NCBI GenBank assembly: GCA_964519805.1
Contig: CAZFKN010000002.1
Span: forward strand, 3,814-67,813
Direction of reading: 5' to 3'
From: an uncultured Gemmatimonadaceae bacterium
Lineage (GTDB): Bacteria > Gemmatimonadota > Gemmatimonadetes > Gemmatimonadales > GWC2-71-9
Length of the DNA: 64,000 bases
This document shows positions 9,006 through 18,647 of the stretch, in pieces. The notes beneath the pieces are model-generated. The model had not been told where the DNA came from, made no database searches, and worked only from the letters and a program-made list of their open reading frames with translations. The position numbers and the translations under genes are program-made. Each line of letters starts with the position of its first letter. The stretch's first letter is position 1.

Positions 9006-9806
9006 ATGGTGCGCTTCCTGCTCCCGGCCCTGACCGGTCTGCTGCTGATCGCAGTGCTTGCCGATCGGATTACGAAACTGGCCCCGACCGAGTTGAGCGC
9101 CGGCCAGACGGCAGCCGTCGTGGACACCAGCGGTGCCTCGACGGCGCGCCCACCGACGCCCGCGGCGGCGACGTCGCCCGCGCCGCCGGTCCCGGAGAGC
9201 CGTACCCCCACGGTTGACCGGCTCGCCCGACTCGCCGTCCGGCGCCAGCTCGCAGGGATGGCCGGCCAGACCTACCTCGACTCGCTCATCGCTACGACGG
9301 ACTCGGTCATCCGCCGCTGGCCCGATCGCAACGGCGACCCGCTGAGGGTGCTGATCGTGGAGGGGGGCGCGCAGGGATACGCGCCCAGAATGGCCGATCT
9401 CGTTCGTCGAGCGCTGGACCGATGGGCGGGAGCCGGCATGGGCGTGAGGTTTGCCGAGGTACTCGATACGACTGGGGCGGACATCGTGGTACGGTGGATC
9501 GACCGCTTCGACATAGATCGCGCCGGCCAGACCGATCTGACCTGGGATCAGCTGGGGCGGGTGCGCCGCGCGACCATCTCACTCGCTCTCCACTCGACCG
9601 CTGGCGCGCCGCTCAGCGATCCGGCCTTGCTCTCCGTTGCGGTGCACGAGACGGGGCACGCGATCGGCCTCCCTCATTCACCCGACTCGAACGATGTGAT
9701 GTTCCCCTCGACCCGGACGTCGGCGCTGTCGGAGCGCGACGTGCGAACCGCGCAGGTGCTCTATCAGCTTCCTCCGGGGTCGGTCAAGGACAGCGCCGAC
9801 CGGTAG
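9006..9806 (+). CDS. matrixin-like zinc metalloprotease (M10 family), secreted or membrane-anchored
   Basis: HETGHAIGLPHSPDSNDVMFP zinc-binding motif with Met-turn. N-terminal hydrophobic anchor MVRFLLPALTGLLLIAVLA. Confidence 0.75.
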   Translation: MVRFLLPALTGLLLIAVLADRITKLAPTELSAGQTAAVVDTSGASTARPPTPAAATSPAPPVPESRTPTVDRLARLAVRRQLAGMAGQTYLDSLIATTDSVIRRWPDRNGDPLRVLIVEGGAQGYAPRMADLVRRALDRWAGAGMGVRFAEVLDTTGADIVVRWIDRFDIDRAGQTDLTWDQLGRVRRATISLALHSTAGAPLSDPALLSVAVHETGHAIGLPHSPDSNDVMFPSTRTSALSERDVRTAQVLYQLPPGSVKDSADR

Positions 9807-9809
9807 CGA

Positions 9810-11006
9810 TTGTTAGCCCCTCAGCGAGTAGTAGCGTCAACAACCTCCATCATGATGGCCGCCGTGGCCAGTACCCTGCTCGCCGCCTCCGCGCAGGCCC
9901 AGCAATTCCCCGACGTGGATGCGGCCGCACGCCAGGGAATCCGGAAGGGACTCTACCCCGGCGCCGTGGTGGTCATCGGTCGGGGCGACACCGTGCTGTA
10001 CGCTCGGGGCTACGGTCACCTCACGTGGAGTCAGGCGTCGGCGGTTCCGGATCCGGACTCGACTCTCTGGGACCTCGCCTCCCTGACGAAGGTCGTCGGC
10101 ACCACGAGTGCCGTGTTGCGCCTCGTGGATGCCGGGGCCGTGGGTCTCGATCTGCCTGTGAGTCACTACCTGCCCCGCTTCTCGGGCGGCGGCAAGGACC
10201 ACGTCACGGTGCGGATGCTCCTGGATCACACGAGCGGACTCCCGCCATGGATACCGTTCTTCCGGAGAGCCCGCACGGCGGCCGCCATGGTGGACGAGCT
10301 GTACGCGGAGCCACTCCAGCGAGCACCGGGCGACTCGGCCGACTACAGCGACCTCAACGCCATGTTGCTCGGCCTGCTCGTCGAACAGGTATCGGGCAAG
10401 TCCCTCGACTCGGTGGTGAACGCAGAGGTGCTGAAGCCGCTTGACCTCGAGCGAACACTGTACCGGCCCTCGGCGGCGCTGCGGAAATGGACCGCGCCGA
10501 CCGGCAGGTACCGAGGGCAGGCCGTCCGCGGCGAGGTCAACGACCAGAACGCGGCGCGCCTCGGCGGGGCGGCTGGTCACGCCGGACTCTTTTCGACCGG
10601 GCACGACCTGGCGCGCTTCGCCCAGGTTTGGCTGCGCCAAGGCCTCACGCCCGCAGGGCGCTGGGTGCGCGCCGAGACGATGCGCCTCTTTCTGACGCCG
10701 GGCCCGCGGAGCGGGACGAGGCTGCTGGGTTGGGATGGGCCGACCCTGGATGCGCCGCGTGACGATCCCAGCGTGTTTGGGGCCATGGCGAGCCCGGCGG
10801 CCTATGGGCACACCGGCTGGACCGGCACGGAGCTTTGGATCGATCCGACCCGGGACCTGTTCCTCGTGTTCCTTACGAACCGTAGCTATGATCCCCGGAC
10901 GCGGCGGTCGATCGAGAAGCTGAAGGAAGTCCGTGCCAAGCTTTCCGACGCCACGCTGCGGGAGGTGCCTGCGCTCTGCAACGCGGAGCACCTGACGACA
11001 TGCTGA
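9810..11006 (+). CDS. serine hydrolase / beta-lactamase-family protein
   Basis: SxxK active-site motif (ASLTKVVGT) in a class-C beta-lactamase/esterase-like protein with an N-terminal signal-like segment. The start is uncertain: TTG 9810 or ATG 9852. Confidence 0.8.
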   Translation: MLAPQRVVASTTSIMMAAVASTLLAASAQAQQFPDVDAAARQGIRKGLYPGAVVVIGRGDTVLYARGYGHLTWSQASAVPDPDSTLWDLASLTKVVGTTSAVLRLVDAGAVGLDLPVSHYLPRFSGGGKDHVTVRMLLDHTSGLPPWIPFFRRARTAAAMVDELYAEPLQRAPGDSADYSDLNAMLLGLLVEQVSGKSLDSVVNAEVLKPLDLERTLYRPSAALRKWTAPTGRYRGQAVRGEVNDQNAARLGGAAGHAGLFSTGHDLARFAQVWLRQGLTPAGRWVRAETMRLFLTPGPRSGTRLLGWDGPTLDAPRDDPSVFGAMASPAAYGHTGWTGTELWIDPTRDLFLVFLTNRSYDPRTRRSIEKLKEVRAKLSDATLREVPALCNAEHLTTC

Positions 11007-11031
11007 CCGGGCACGTACGAGGTGATCATCC

Positions 11032-11334
11032 ATGACGCTTACAGCCGACACGGTCCGTCGGGCCCTTCGCGCCGTCAAGGATCCGGAGCTCAACCTAAAC
11101 ATCATCGACTTGGGATTGGTCTACGACATCGACGTCTCCGAGACCGGCGACGTGCGGGTTCAGATGACGCTCACGTCCCCCGGCTGTCCCGCCGGCGCCG
11201 AGATCGTTCAAGGCGTCCGGGACGTGGCGACCGATCTGGAGGGGGTGGGGTCGGTGGACGTCGAGTTGGTTTGGGAGCCGTACTGGACGCCGGAGCGCAT
11301 GGACCCGAGAGTGCGGGCCTTCCTAGGTCACTGA
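11032..11334 (+). CDS. DUF59/SufT-like metal-sulfur cluster assembly factor
   Basis: 100 aa. DPELNLNIIDLGLVY and TLTSPGCPAG motifs typical of the DUF59 (MIP18/SufT/PaaD-like) family. GAGGTGAT Shine-Dalgarno lies 5 nt upstream. Confidence 0.85.
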   Translation: MTLTADTVRRALRAVKDPELNLNIIDLGLVYDIDVSETGDVRVQMTLTSPGCPAGAEIVQGVRDVATDLEGVGSVDVELVWEPYWTPERMDPRVRAFLGH

Positions 11335-12536
11335 CCGCCGCGCGGGAGGCTCGCAGCCGGTCTCCCTGTCGTCTTCTCCTTTCCTTCCCCCTGCTGGTCG
11401 CCGCCGCCTGCCGCCTCCAGCAGCTCTCGTCCGAACGTGTCGACTTGCCAGCCGCGCACGCCGGGGATCCCGCGCAGTTCATCGAGGGTCTTGGGGCGTG
11501 TCCGTGCGATTGCCTCGAGCGTGCCATTGGGGCAGAGCACACCGGGCGCGAGCTCGAGGAGGGTTGAGAGCTGGTTGCGTCTCGCCTTGAGCTGCTCGAG
11601 CCGCCCTTCGAAAGCCGGGTCGGGTGTGCGTCGGGGCCCGCGCTCGATTCGGGGAAGGTCCCGCTCCGCCAGCTCTAACGCCCGCCGAACCGCGTCCAGA
11701 ATCTCGCGCCCGCGGCGTTCCGCCAGCTCGGCTCCGACCCCACGAATGGCCCGGAGGGCGGCGGCATCCGTCGGGAGGGTTCTGGCGATTTCCAGCAGAG
11801 GCTCGGTGTTGAGGAGGCGGAACGCGGCTCGATCGGTGCGTGCCGCCGTTTCCTCGCGCCAATGATACAGCTCCCGCAAGGCGGCGAGATGGCGCCCCTT
11901 CAGAGTCCTGGCACCTTTGACCCGGAGATACCCGGGCTCGTCGTCCGGGACGGCGCCCCACTTCACATGCTCGAGCAGCGCAAACTCCTCCTTGGCCCAT
12001 GACAGGCGGCCGCGCTCGGCGAGCCGGTCGCGCAGGATATCCCGCAACGCGGGCAGGTGGCGCGTGTCGTCGGCCGCGTATTGCAACATCTCAGCCGACA
12101 GAGGGCGGGTGGACCAGTCCGCTCGCTGGAAGCGCTTGTCGAGGAGGACGCCCAGGTACTTCTCGAGCAGCGCAGCGAGGCCGATGCCTGGCTCGTTCAG
12201 GAACTGGGCGGCAACCCTCGTATCGAACAGAGTCGCGGCACGGAAGCCGTACTGCTGGTCGAGCAACCGGAGATCGTAGTCGGCGTCGTGGAAGACGATC
12301 TCGATGCTCGGATCCGCCAGTATGCGGCCCAGCGGCGCGAGGTCGCGGACGGCCAGAGGATCGACGATGGCCGTGTCGGTTCGGGACGAAAGCTGGATCA
12401 GGTACACGCGGTCGTGATACCGGTGGAAACTGGCGGCCTCGGTGTCGACCGCGAGGAGCGGCTCGCGGCCGAACTCCGCCAGAAGGCCCTCGAGGGCTGC
12501 CTGCGTTTCCACCCGGATGAGAGGAGCTTCAGTCAC
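11328..12536 (-). CDS. rnd: ribonuclease D
   Basis: DEDDy 3'-5' exonuclease motifs (LAVDTEAASF, HDADYDL, YAADD) plus a C-terminal HRDC-like region. GTG start. Confidence 0.85.
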   Translation of the reverse strand: MTEAPLIRVETQAALEGLLAEFGREPLLAVDTEAASFHRYHDRVYLIQLSSRTDTAIVDPLAVRDLAPLGRILADPSIEIVFHDADYDLRLLDQQYGFRAATLFDTRVAAQFLNEPGIGLAALLEKYLGVLLDKRFQRADWSTRPLSAEMLQYAADDTRHLPALRDILRDRLAERGRLSWAKEEFALLEHVKWGAVPDDEPGYLRVKGARTLKGRHLAALRELYHWREETAARTDRAAFRLLNTEPLLEIARTLPTDAAALRAIRGVGAELAERRGREILDAVRRALELAERDLPRIERGPRRTPDPAFEGRLEQLKARRNQLSTLLELAPGVLCPNGTLEAIARTRPKTLDELRGIPGVRGWQVDTFGRELLEAAGGGDQQGEGKEKTTGRPAASLPRGGQ

Positions 12537-12699
12537 GCGGCGCTACCTGCTCCAGTCCGGTGGCGATTTCCTCCAGGGCCTTGGCCAGCGTTTTATAGAA
12601 GTCGGCGTCCGGTTGGACAGCGGACCCCATGGCGGCATCCATCTGGAGTTTGCGAGCGAGGCGTGCGGCGTGTCTGATGTAGTCCGTGGCTGGTTTCAT
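12529..12699 (-). CDS. hypothetical small protein (56 aa)
   Basis: The ORF end overlaps the rnd start by 8 nt (GTGACTGA). GC3 rises only after ATG 12699; upstream in-frame ATGs at 12756 and 12765 sit in a T-ending-codon region. No recognisable family. Confidence 0.35.
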   Translation of the reverse strand: MKPATDYIRHAARLARKLQMDAAMGSAVQPDADFYKTLAKALEEIATGLEQVAPRD

Positions 12700-12803
12700 A
12701 GTCGGTCGAGAAGGAGGCGAAGAGTGAAGATAGACACCCGGGCCGACCGCGCACATCCTCGACATCTGCCGATTCCACCGCCCGATCGCCTATACTCCCC
12801 TGG

Positions 12804-14003
12804 ATGCCGGTCCTCGATATCGACCTGACCGTCTATCCCGACGAGTGCGACGCGTTCGGGCACTTGAACCAGGCCTCATTCCTGGCGCTGTTCGAGCGCG
12901 CCCGTTGGGAAATGCTCGCGCGGGGACCCGGGATGGATGTGTTCACGCGACACGGCGCCTGGCCGGCCGTCCGGAAGTCCGCGATCGACTACCATCTCGC
13001 GGCCTACCCGGGTGACGTCCTTCGCTTTCACCAGACGCTCACCCACCACGGCCGCACGAGCTTCACCATTCGCCAAACCGCCCGGCGTACACGGGACGAC
13101 GCGTTGATCGCAACGGCCGAGTTTGTCTTCGTCTGCATCAGCCGCGAGGGGCGGCCGGTTCCCGTGCCCGGCGAATTCGGCGAGTTCATGAATGCCCGGC
13201 CTGCCCGCTCCGGTGACACGCCGCGGGTCACCGTGAACGGCGTCAACCTCGCCGTGCAGACCGGTGGCGAAGGACCCGGGATCCTCTTCATCCACGGCTA
13301 TCCGCTGGATCATACGATCTGGCGGCCCCAGGTCGATGCGCTCGAGGGCTGGCGAACGGTTGCCCCGGATCTTCGGGGCATGGGCCAGTCCGACGCGCCG
13401 GACCTCGGCTACAGCATGGCAACCTACGCGGCGGACCTTGCGGCACTGATTGATTCGCTCGGACTGGATCGGGTGGTTCTCTGCGGTCACTCAATGGGGG
13501 GCTACGTGGCGTTCGAGTTCGTCCGTCGCTGGCCGGACCGCGTCTCCGGGCTCGCCCTTGTCGCCACACGGGCGGATGCCGACACCATCGAGACGCGGCG
13601 CGCGCGGGATGCAGCCGCCGTGCTCGCACGCGAGGGGGGCGCGCGCGAGATCGCCGCCGCGATGCTGCCGAAGATGCTTTCGCCCTCGGCGCCGCCGACC
13701 CTGGTGGAGCTGGTGGGGGGCGTGATGGCGTCGACGCCGGTCGCGGGCATCGTCGGCGCGCTGGGGGCGATGCGCGACCGTCCGGACAGCACGGCGCTGC
13801 TTCCAGCGTTGGCCCGGCTCCCCGCCCTGGTGATTGCGGGGGCCGACGATCAGCTCGTGACGGCCTCCCAGACGAGTGCCATGGCCGCGGCCATTCCGGG
13901 CGCGCGTCTCGTCGTGGCACCGGGCGCCGCGCATCTCCCCAGTCTGGAGGCGCCCGGGATCGTCACCGACGCCCTGCGGACTTTTCTTTCGACGGTGGGT
14001 TGA
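12804..14003 (+). CDS. fusion protein: 4HBT/YbgC-like acyl-CoA thioesterase + alpha/beta hydrolase
   Basis: The N-terminal ~130 aa look hotdog-fold (VYPDECDAFGHLNQASFLALFERARWE). The C-terminal ~260 aa are alpha/beta hydrolase (ILFIHGYPLD, nucleophile elbow GHSMGG). Confidence 0.8.
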   Translation: MPVLDIDLTVYPDECDAFGHLNQASFLALFERARWEMLARGPGMDVFTRHGAWPAVRKSAIDYHLAAYPGDVLRFHQTLTHHGRTSFTIRQTARRTRDDALIATAEFVFVCISREGRPVPVPGEFGEFMNARPARSGDTPRVTVNGVNLAVQTGGEGPGILFIHGYPLDHTIWRPQVDALEGWRTVAPDLRGMGQSDAPDLGYSMATYAADLAALIDSLGLDRVVLCGHSMGGYVAFEFVRRWPDRVSGLALVATRADADTIETRRARDAAAVLAREGGAREIAAAMLPKMLSPSAPPTLVELVGGVMASTPVAGIVGALGAMRDRPDSTALLPALARLPALVIAGADDQLVTASQTSAMAAAIPGARLVVAPGAAHLPSLEAPGIVTDALRTFLSTVG

Positions 14004-14178
14004 AACCCTTTGGACCCCTCGTGCGTTCTTAAACAGACGGGCCGGTCCGGTGTTCACTGGGCCTCCGTCGCAACACGGTAATCCTTCCTACGAACGGCCC
14101 CGGGGCCGCGCCTGTCGCGGCTTCGAGGGCCGCCTCTCTTTGGGGCCTCCAGGGCGCAGCGAGCGGAGCATGACAAAG

Positions 14179-14204
14179 CCCTCCGGTGCCGGGGCACCGG
14201 AGGG
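14179..14204 (-). terminator. candidate intrinsic terminator of the ferredoxin operon
   Basis: Perfect 12-bp stem CCCTCCGGTGCC-GG-GGCACCGGAGGG located 25 nt downstream of the ferredoxin stop. It is followed on the minus strand by CTTTGTC, a weak U-tract. Confidence 0.55.
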
Positions 14205-14228
14205 CGGCGGGAAGCAAATCCCCGATTC

Positions 14229-14492
14229 CTAGCGCTGCGGCGGGCCCGGAGGCGAATCGCTGCTGAACACGTCTTTATTCTTGGCGATGAAGGCCTGCAT
14301 GTTCGGCGGCACGTCCTCTTCCGGGAAGATGGCGGTAACCGGGCACTCCGGCTCGCAGGCTCCGCAGTCGATGCACTCGTCGGGATGTATGTAGAGCTGG
14401 TCGTCGCCTTCGTAAATGCAGTCCACAGGACAGACATCTACGCAGCCCCGGTCCTTCACGCCGATACAGGCTTCCACGATCACGTACGTCAT
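14229..14492 (-). CDS. 4Fe-4S/7Fe-type ferredoxin
   Basis: [17 protein letters not shown] and [12 protein letters not shown] cluster motifs. I prefer the start at MTYVIVEAC (ATG 14492). Confidence 0.9.
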   Translation of the reverse strand: MTYVIVEACIGVKDRGCVDVCPVDCIYEGDDQLYIHPDECIDCGACEPECPVTAIFPEEDVPPNMQAFIAKNKDVFSSDSPPGPPQR

Positions 14493-14570
14493 CCGCTTGC
14501 TCCTCCGGCACGCCATGCGAGGAAAGGAAAAAGGAGAGTACGATGTGGCCAGAGGGCGCGCAAGGGGCTT

Positions 14571-15611
14571 TCAACCGTCCAGAAACCATGCAGCCATAGC
14601 CCGGGCGCCGGGGGCCCAAAGGGCCAGGCGGGCCAGGCCGCCGAGCACGGCTGCGCGCACGACGCCCGATCGCAGCCCACGGGAAAGGCGATCGTGCGCC
14701 CGCTTGACCTTGAGCCAACTCCGCGTCTTGGGCGATGGATAGCCCGGCTCGAGAATTCGGCGGGCCGTCTCCTCCCCCGTCACCAGCGCAGCGTAGATCC
14801 CCTCCGCCGTGAGCGACGACGGTACGCCAGCCGCATCGCCGACGAGGTGCACGTCGTTGGGAAAGTCGAAGCCGGCGAAATGGACTTCCAGCGTCGCACC
14901 CTCGAATGGAGGCAGCTCCGAGCTAGCGCCGAGATCCCGGACCCGCGTCGTGAGATAGCGGCGGATGGTCGCGGGGGGGACCACCCTCTTCGGTGCCACG
15001 GCGCCCACGGAGGTGTACGACTCGTGGGGGAACACCCAGAAGTATCCGTTGGCCAGCATGGCCGGATCGCACTCGACTCGCAGCGGCTCGAGCCTGAGCC
15101 CCGGCACGTTGTACTCCGCGGCGAAGAAAGCTCGCGGATGCGGGAGACCCAGAGCCCGTCGCACCGACGAATCGGCGCCGTCCGCGCCGATGAGATGACG
15201 GTAGCGGATGATCCGACCGCAGACGGTTGCGGTTCGCGACGCCAGATCGAGCCCGGCGGCAGCAGCGCCGACTCTCACCTCGGCACCAGCTCGTCTGGTC
15301 CAGGCCAACTGAAGCCGTCCCAGCTCGGGGCGGGGGACGGTGCGGACGACCGTCGCCGCGACGTCCAACGTTCGCGCCGTGCCGCCGGTGAACGCGATGT
15401 GGCCAATTCGTGTGAGGCCGACGTCGTCAGACAGGCCCAGGGCGGCCAGCTCCCGCACCGCTTTCAAGGTCAGGCCGCCGGCGCACGTCTTCGGGCCGAC
15501 CTCCTCATGCTTCTCCAGCACCAGTACCTCCCGCCCCTCACCGCCCAGCACCTGCGCAGCGCGCAGGCCGGCGGGTCCGGCGCCGATCACGAGATGCTCC
15601 ACGGTCTCCAC
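14571..15611 (-). CDS. FAD-dependent oxidoreductase, geranylgeranyl-reductase-like
   Basis: N-terminal dinucleotide-binding motif VIGAGPAGLRAA. Size and overall pattern match the GGR/NAD(P)-FAD oxidoreductase family. Confidence 0.7.
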   Translation of the reverse strand: METVEHLVIGAGPAGLRAAQVLGGEGREVLVLEKHEEVGPKTCAGGLTLKAVRELAALGLSDDVGLTRIGHIAFTGGTARTLDVAATVVRTVPRPELGRLQLAWTRRAGAEVRVGAAAAGLDLASRTATVCGRIIRYRHLIGADGADSSVRRALGLPHPRAFFAAEYNVPGLRLEPLRVECDPAMLANGYFWVFPHESYTSVGAVAPKRVVPPATIRRYLTTRVRDLGASSELPPFEGATLEVHFAGFDFPNDVHLVGDAAGVPSSLTAEGIYAALVTGEETARRILEPGYPSPKTRSWLKVKRAHDRLSRGLRSGVVRAAVLGGLARLALWAPGARAMAAWFLDG

Positions 15612-15614
15612 GGA

Positions 15615-16292
15615 TCAGGCGAGGTGAGTCCGCAGGAAGGCCAGCGTGCGCTGCCAGGCGAGGTCGGCTGAGGGCTGGTCGAAGACCTGGGGACGGGAGT
15701 CGTTGAAGAATGCGTGGCCGGCGTCGTAGAAATGGGCCTCGAACGTCGCGCCGGCGGCATGGAATCGGGCGGCGAGTGCTCGAGCATCGGCTTCCTTGAT
15801 CGACTGGTCCGCGCGGCCGAAATGGGCAAGCACGGGCACGCGGAGCTTCGCCGGATCAATCGGAACCTTCGAGTGAGCTCCATAGAAATCGACGGCGGCG
15901 GAAATCCGGTCGGGATGCTCCTGCGCCGCGAACAGGGCAAGCTGCCCACCCATGCAGAAGCCGATGATGCCCACCTTCTTGGGTCGGACGCTCGGGAGGG
16001 CGAGCAGATAGTCGGCTGCGCCGCGCATATCGACGGCCGCCGCGGCGATGCTGAGCGCCATGACAAGCTTGCCGGCTTCGTCCGGACTCCTGGTCTGCTT
16101 TCCGTGATACAGATCGGGGGCCACCGCTACGAACCCTTCGGCAGCAAACCGGTCGACCAGCTGCTTGATATGCTCGACCAGCCCCCACCATTCCTGGATG
16201 ACGATCAGTCCCGGCCCGGCGCCGGCGTGCGCGTTCACGTAGCCGGGCGTCATACGCCCGTTGGTACGGAACTGAACCATCTCTCCCTGCAT
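15615..16292 (-). CDS. dienelactone hydrolase family protein
   Basis: DLH-like sequence with nucleophile motif GFCMGG. I prefer the start at MQGEMVQF (ATG 16292), which avoids overlap with the upstream VOC gene. Confidence 0.8.
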   Translation of the reverse strand: MQGEMVQFRTNGRMTPGYVNAHAGAGPGLIVIQEWWGLVEHIKQLVDRFAAEGFVAVAPDLYHGKQTRSPDEAGKLVMALSIAAAAVDMRGAADYLLALPSVRPKKVGIIGFCMGGQLALFAAQEHPDRISAAVDFYGAHSKVPIDPAKLRVPVLAHFGRADQSIKEADARALAARFHAAGATFEAHFYDAGHAFFNDSRPQVFDQPSADLAWQRTLAFLRTHLA

Positions 16293-16302
16293 CCCGGTCT
16301 CC

Positions 16303-16671
16303 TCAGGAACGATCCGACCAGACCGCGAGCTCGTTGCCGCTGGGATCGGTGAAGTGAAACCGCCGGCCACCAGGGAACGAGAAGGTCGGCCGCACAATGG
16401 TGCCGCCCGCTGCCCGAACCCGACCCTCTGCCGCCTCGAGGTCGAGGGCAAAGATGACGACGAGGGGTCCTCCGGCCTGCACCTTGCCGACCTTCGTGAA
16501 GCCGCCGGTCAGTCGTCCGTCGGCGAAGCTGACATACTCCGGTCCGTAGTCATCGAAGTTCCAACCGAAGACCTGCCCATAGAACCGCTTGGCGCCGGCG
16601 ACGTCGGTCACCCCGATCTCGATGTAGTCGATGCGCCGATCATGCTCGGGGCTCAGCAACTGTTCTGACAC
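16303..16671 (-). CDS. VOC/glyoxalase-family protein
   Basis: 122 aa. Glyoxalase/bleomycin-resistance-like pattern (IEIGVTDVAGAKRFYGQVFGW ... FTDPSGNELAVW). The GTG start shares 1 nt with the upstream stop (TAGTG). Confidence 0.75.
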   Translation of the reverse strand: MSEQLLSPEHDRRIDYIEIGVTDVAGAKRFYGQVFGWNFDDYGPEYVSFADGRLTGGFTKVGKVQAGGPLVVIFALDLEAAEGRVRAAGGTIVRPTFSFPGGRRFHFTDPSGNELAVWSDRS

Positions 16672-18035
16672 TAGCGGCCGATCCGACCAAGGGCGTGGTC
16701 GAGCGCGTCCACTGCGAAATCAGCGTCGTCCGAGGTGATGCAAAGCGGAGGCTTGATCCGGAGCACGTTGCTGGCGAGACCCCCCTTGCCGACGAGCACG
16801 CCGAGCTCACGCAACAACTCCAGCGCCTCGAGCGTGTCGGCGCTGGCGGGCTCCTTGGTCGTTCGGTCCCTCACCAATTCGACGCCGAGCATCAGCCCCA
16901 GGCCCCGCACGTCGCCCACCAAGGCGTGACGCTCCGCGAGACGCTGCAACCCTCGCTTGAGCCTGGCCCCCACGACCCGGGCGTTGTCCTGAAGGTGCTC
17001 TTGCTCGATGACATCGAGCACGGCGAGGCCGGCCGCCGTGGACACCGGGTTGCCGCCGAAGGTGTTAAAGTGCAAGCGCTGCGCGAGCGCCTCGGCGATC
17101 TCTCGCCGCGTCGTCACCGCCGCCAGCGGCGTCCCGTTGCCGATACCCTTTGCCATCGTCACGATGTCGGGGACGACACCGAAGTGCTGGAACCCCCAGA
17201 AATTCTCGCCTGTACGTCCGAAGCCGGTCTGCACTTCATCCGCGATACAGAGGCCCCCGTGTTCCCGGACCACCGCGTACGCCTCGGCGAGATAGTTGGG
17301 GGCACCGTACGTCACCCCCCCGACGCCCTGCACCGGTTCCGCGATGAATCCGGCGACGCGGCCGGTCGTCGCGTGGCGAATGAGATCGCGGATGTCCTCC
17401 GCGCTCCGTGAGGCGATCGCTTCGGGGGAGCCGGTGAACGGACTCCGGTATGGATCGGGGCAGACGGCATGATGTACGCCGGCGCCCTGCTGTGTGGGAA
17501 ATTTCCAGGTCGACACGCCCGTCAGCCCCATCGTGCTCGGCGAGCCCCCGTGATAGGCGTTCCTGAGCGCAATGATGTCGGGGCTGCCGGTAAAGAGGCG
17601 GGCCATCGTGACGGCGAGATCGTTCGCTTCGCTCCCGCTGTTCACGAAGTAGGTAACGTCCAGTCCGTGCGGGAGCAGACCGGCCAGCCGTTCTGCCAGG
17701 CGCGGCAGGTTGGGGTGGAGATAGATCGTTGAGGTGTGCTGGAGGATCGCGGCCTGCTCCTGAATCCGCGCCGCCACCACGGGGTGCGAATGCCCGCAGA
17801 CCACCGTCGCGATGCCCGCGAACAAATCGAGGTACCGGCGGCCCGTCTCGTCGTAGACGTACTGCAGGTGCCCCTCGACGATCATGAGGGGGTCTCGGTA
17901 GAACGTGAAAACCGCCGGGTGCCCGTATCGCTGACGGAGCGCCAGCACCTCGTCACGTGTTGGGCCGGTGTACGGTCGTGGCCGGTGATCGCACGCGGGC
18001 ATGACCGGCAGGGAGACGTCGATTGCAGTCGCCAT
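16671..18035 (-). CDS. class-III (AGXT2-like) pyridoxal-phosphate aminotransferase
   Basis: [11 protein letters not shown] and TMAKGIGNG (PLP lysine) motifs. 454 aa. Confidence 0.9.
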   Translation of the reverse strand: MATAIDVSLPVMPACDHRPRPYTGPTRDEVLALRQRYGHPAVFTFYRDPLMIVEGHLQYVYDETGRRYLDLFAGIATVVCGHSHPVVAARIQEQAAILQHTSTIYLHPNLPRLAERLAGLLPHGLDVTYFVNSGSEANDLAVTMARLFTGSPDIIALRNAYHGGSPSTMGLTGVSTWKFPTQQGAGVHHAVCPDPYRSPFTGSPEAIASRSAEDIRDLIRHATTGRVAGFIAEPVQGVGGVTYGAPNYLAEAYAVVREHGGLCIADEVQTGFGRTGENFWGFQHFGVVPDIVTMAKGIGNGTPLAAVTTRREIAEALAQRLHFNTFGGNPVSTAAGLAVLDVIEQEHLQDNARVVGARLKRGLQRLAERHALVGDVRGLGLMLGVELVRDRTTKEPASADTLEALELLRELGVLVGKGGLASNVLRIKPPLCITSDDADFAVDALDHALGRIGR

Positions 18036-18074
18036 GGTCGTCAGGTGGGGGTTGTCACGCCGGCCCGCACGCGC

Positions 18075-18647
18075 TCAAAAGAGTCCAGGCATGGGAGCGG
18101 CCATGCTCTCGGTGCGGGGCTCCGGCGGGCCGTACCGACCCACGGGGGAGTGAATGCGATTCCACTCCTCGCGGAGACAGAACGAATCCAGCCCGTAGGG
18201 CCGATCCACCGCCAGCACCCCATCCAGGTGGTCGATTTCGTGCTGGAGCAGCTCGGCGCGATCACCCTCGAGGTCCTGCTCGTGCCAGGCGCCCTTGACG
18301 TCCTGATAGCGGATGCGAATGCGGTAGGCCCGGGCGACTCGCACCAACAGGTTGGGGAACGAGAAGCAATCGTCCCAGACCCAGAAGTCGTCCGTGCCGA
18401 TGTCGACGATTTCCGGATTGATCAGCGACCACGGCTTGTCCATCTCCAGGTGGAGCACCCGAACGGGGGCGCCGATCTGCGGCGCGGCGATCCCACGCCC
18501 CGCGCCGAATCGCGACTGCCAGTCGCGGAGCGTCTCCCGCAGATCATCCAGGATGACCCGCACGGCCGTAGAGCTGGGTCGCGTGATCGGCTCGCAGCGA
18601 GTGCGGAGAATGGGATCGCCGAGAAGGCGGATGCGATGGATGGTCAT
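18075..18647 (-). CDS. def: peptide deformylase
   Basis: GIAAPQIG, a C-containing motif 2 and HEIDHLDG metal-binding motifs. I prefer the start at MTIHRIRLLGDPILR (ATG 18647); the longest ORF starts at TTG 18659. Confidence 0.9.
   Translation of the reverse strand: MTIHRIRLLGDPILRTRCEPITRPSSTAVRVILDDLRETLRDWQSRFGAGRGIAAPQIGAPVRVLHLEMDKPWSLINPEIVDIGTDDFWVWDDCFSFPNLLVRVARAYRIRIRYQDVKGAWHEQDLEGDRAELLQHEIDHLDGVLAVDRPYGLDSFCLREEWNRIHSPVGRYGPPEPRTESMAAPMPGLF

Noticed and set aside
9837-11105. 422-aa minus-strand ORF antisense to the serine hydrolase and DUF59 genes
   Set aside because: Shadow ORF with an Arg/Pro/Gly-rich nonsense-like sequence. The plus-strand genes carry clear family motifs (SxxK, DUF59).
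14385-15671. 428-aa plus-strand ORF antisense to the ferredoxin and FAD oxidoreductase genes
   Set aside because: Shadow ORF with no motifs. The minus-strand products are recognisable (Cys-cluster ferredoxin, GxGxxG oxidoreductase).
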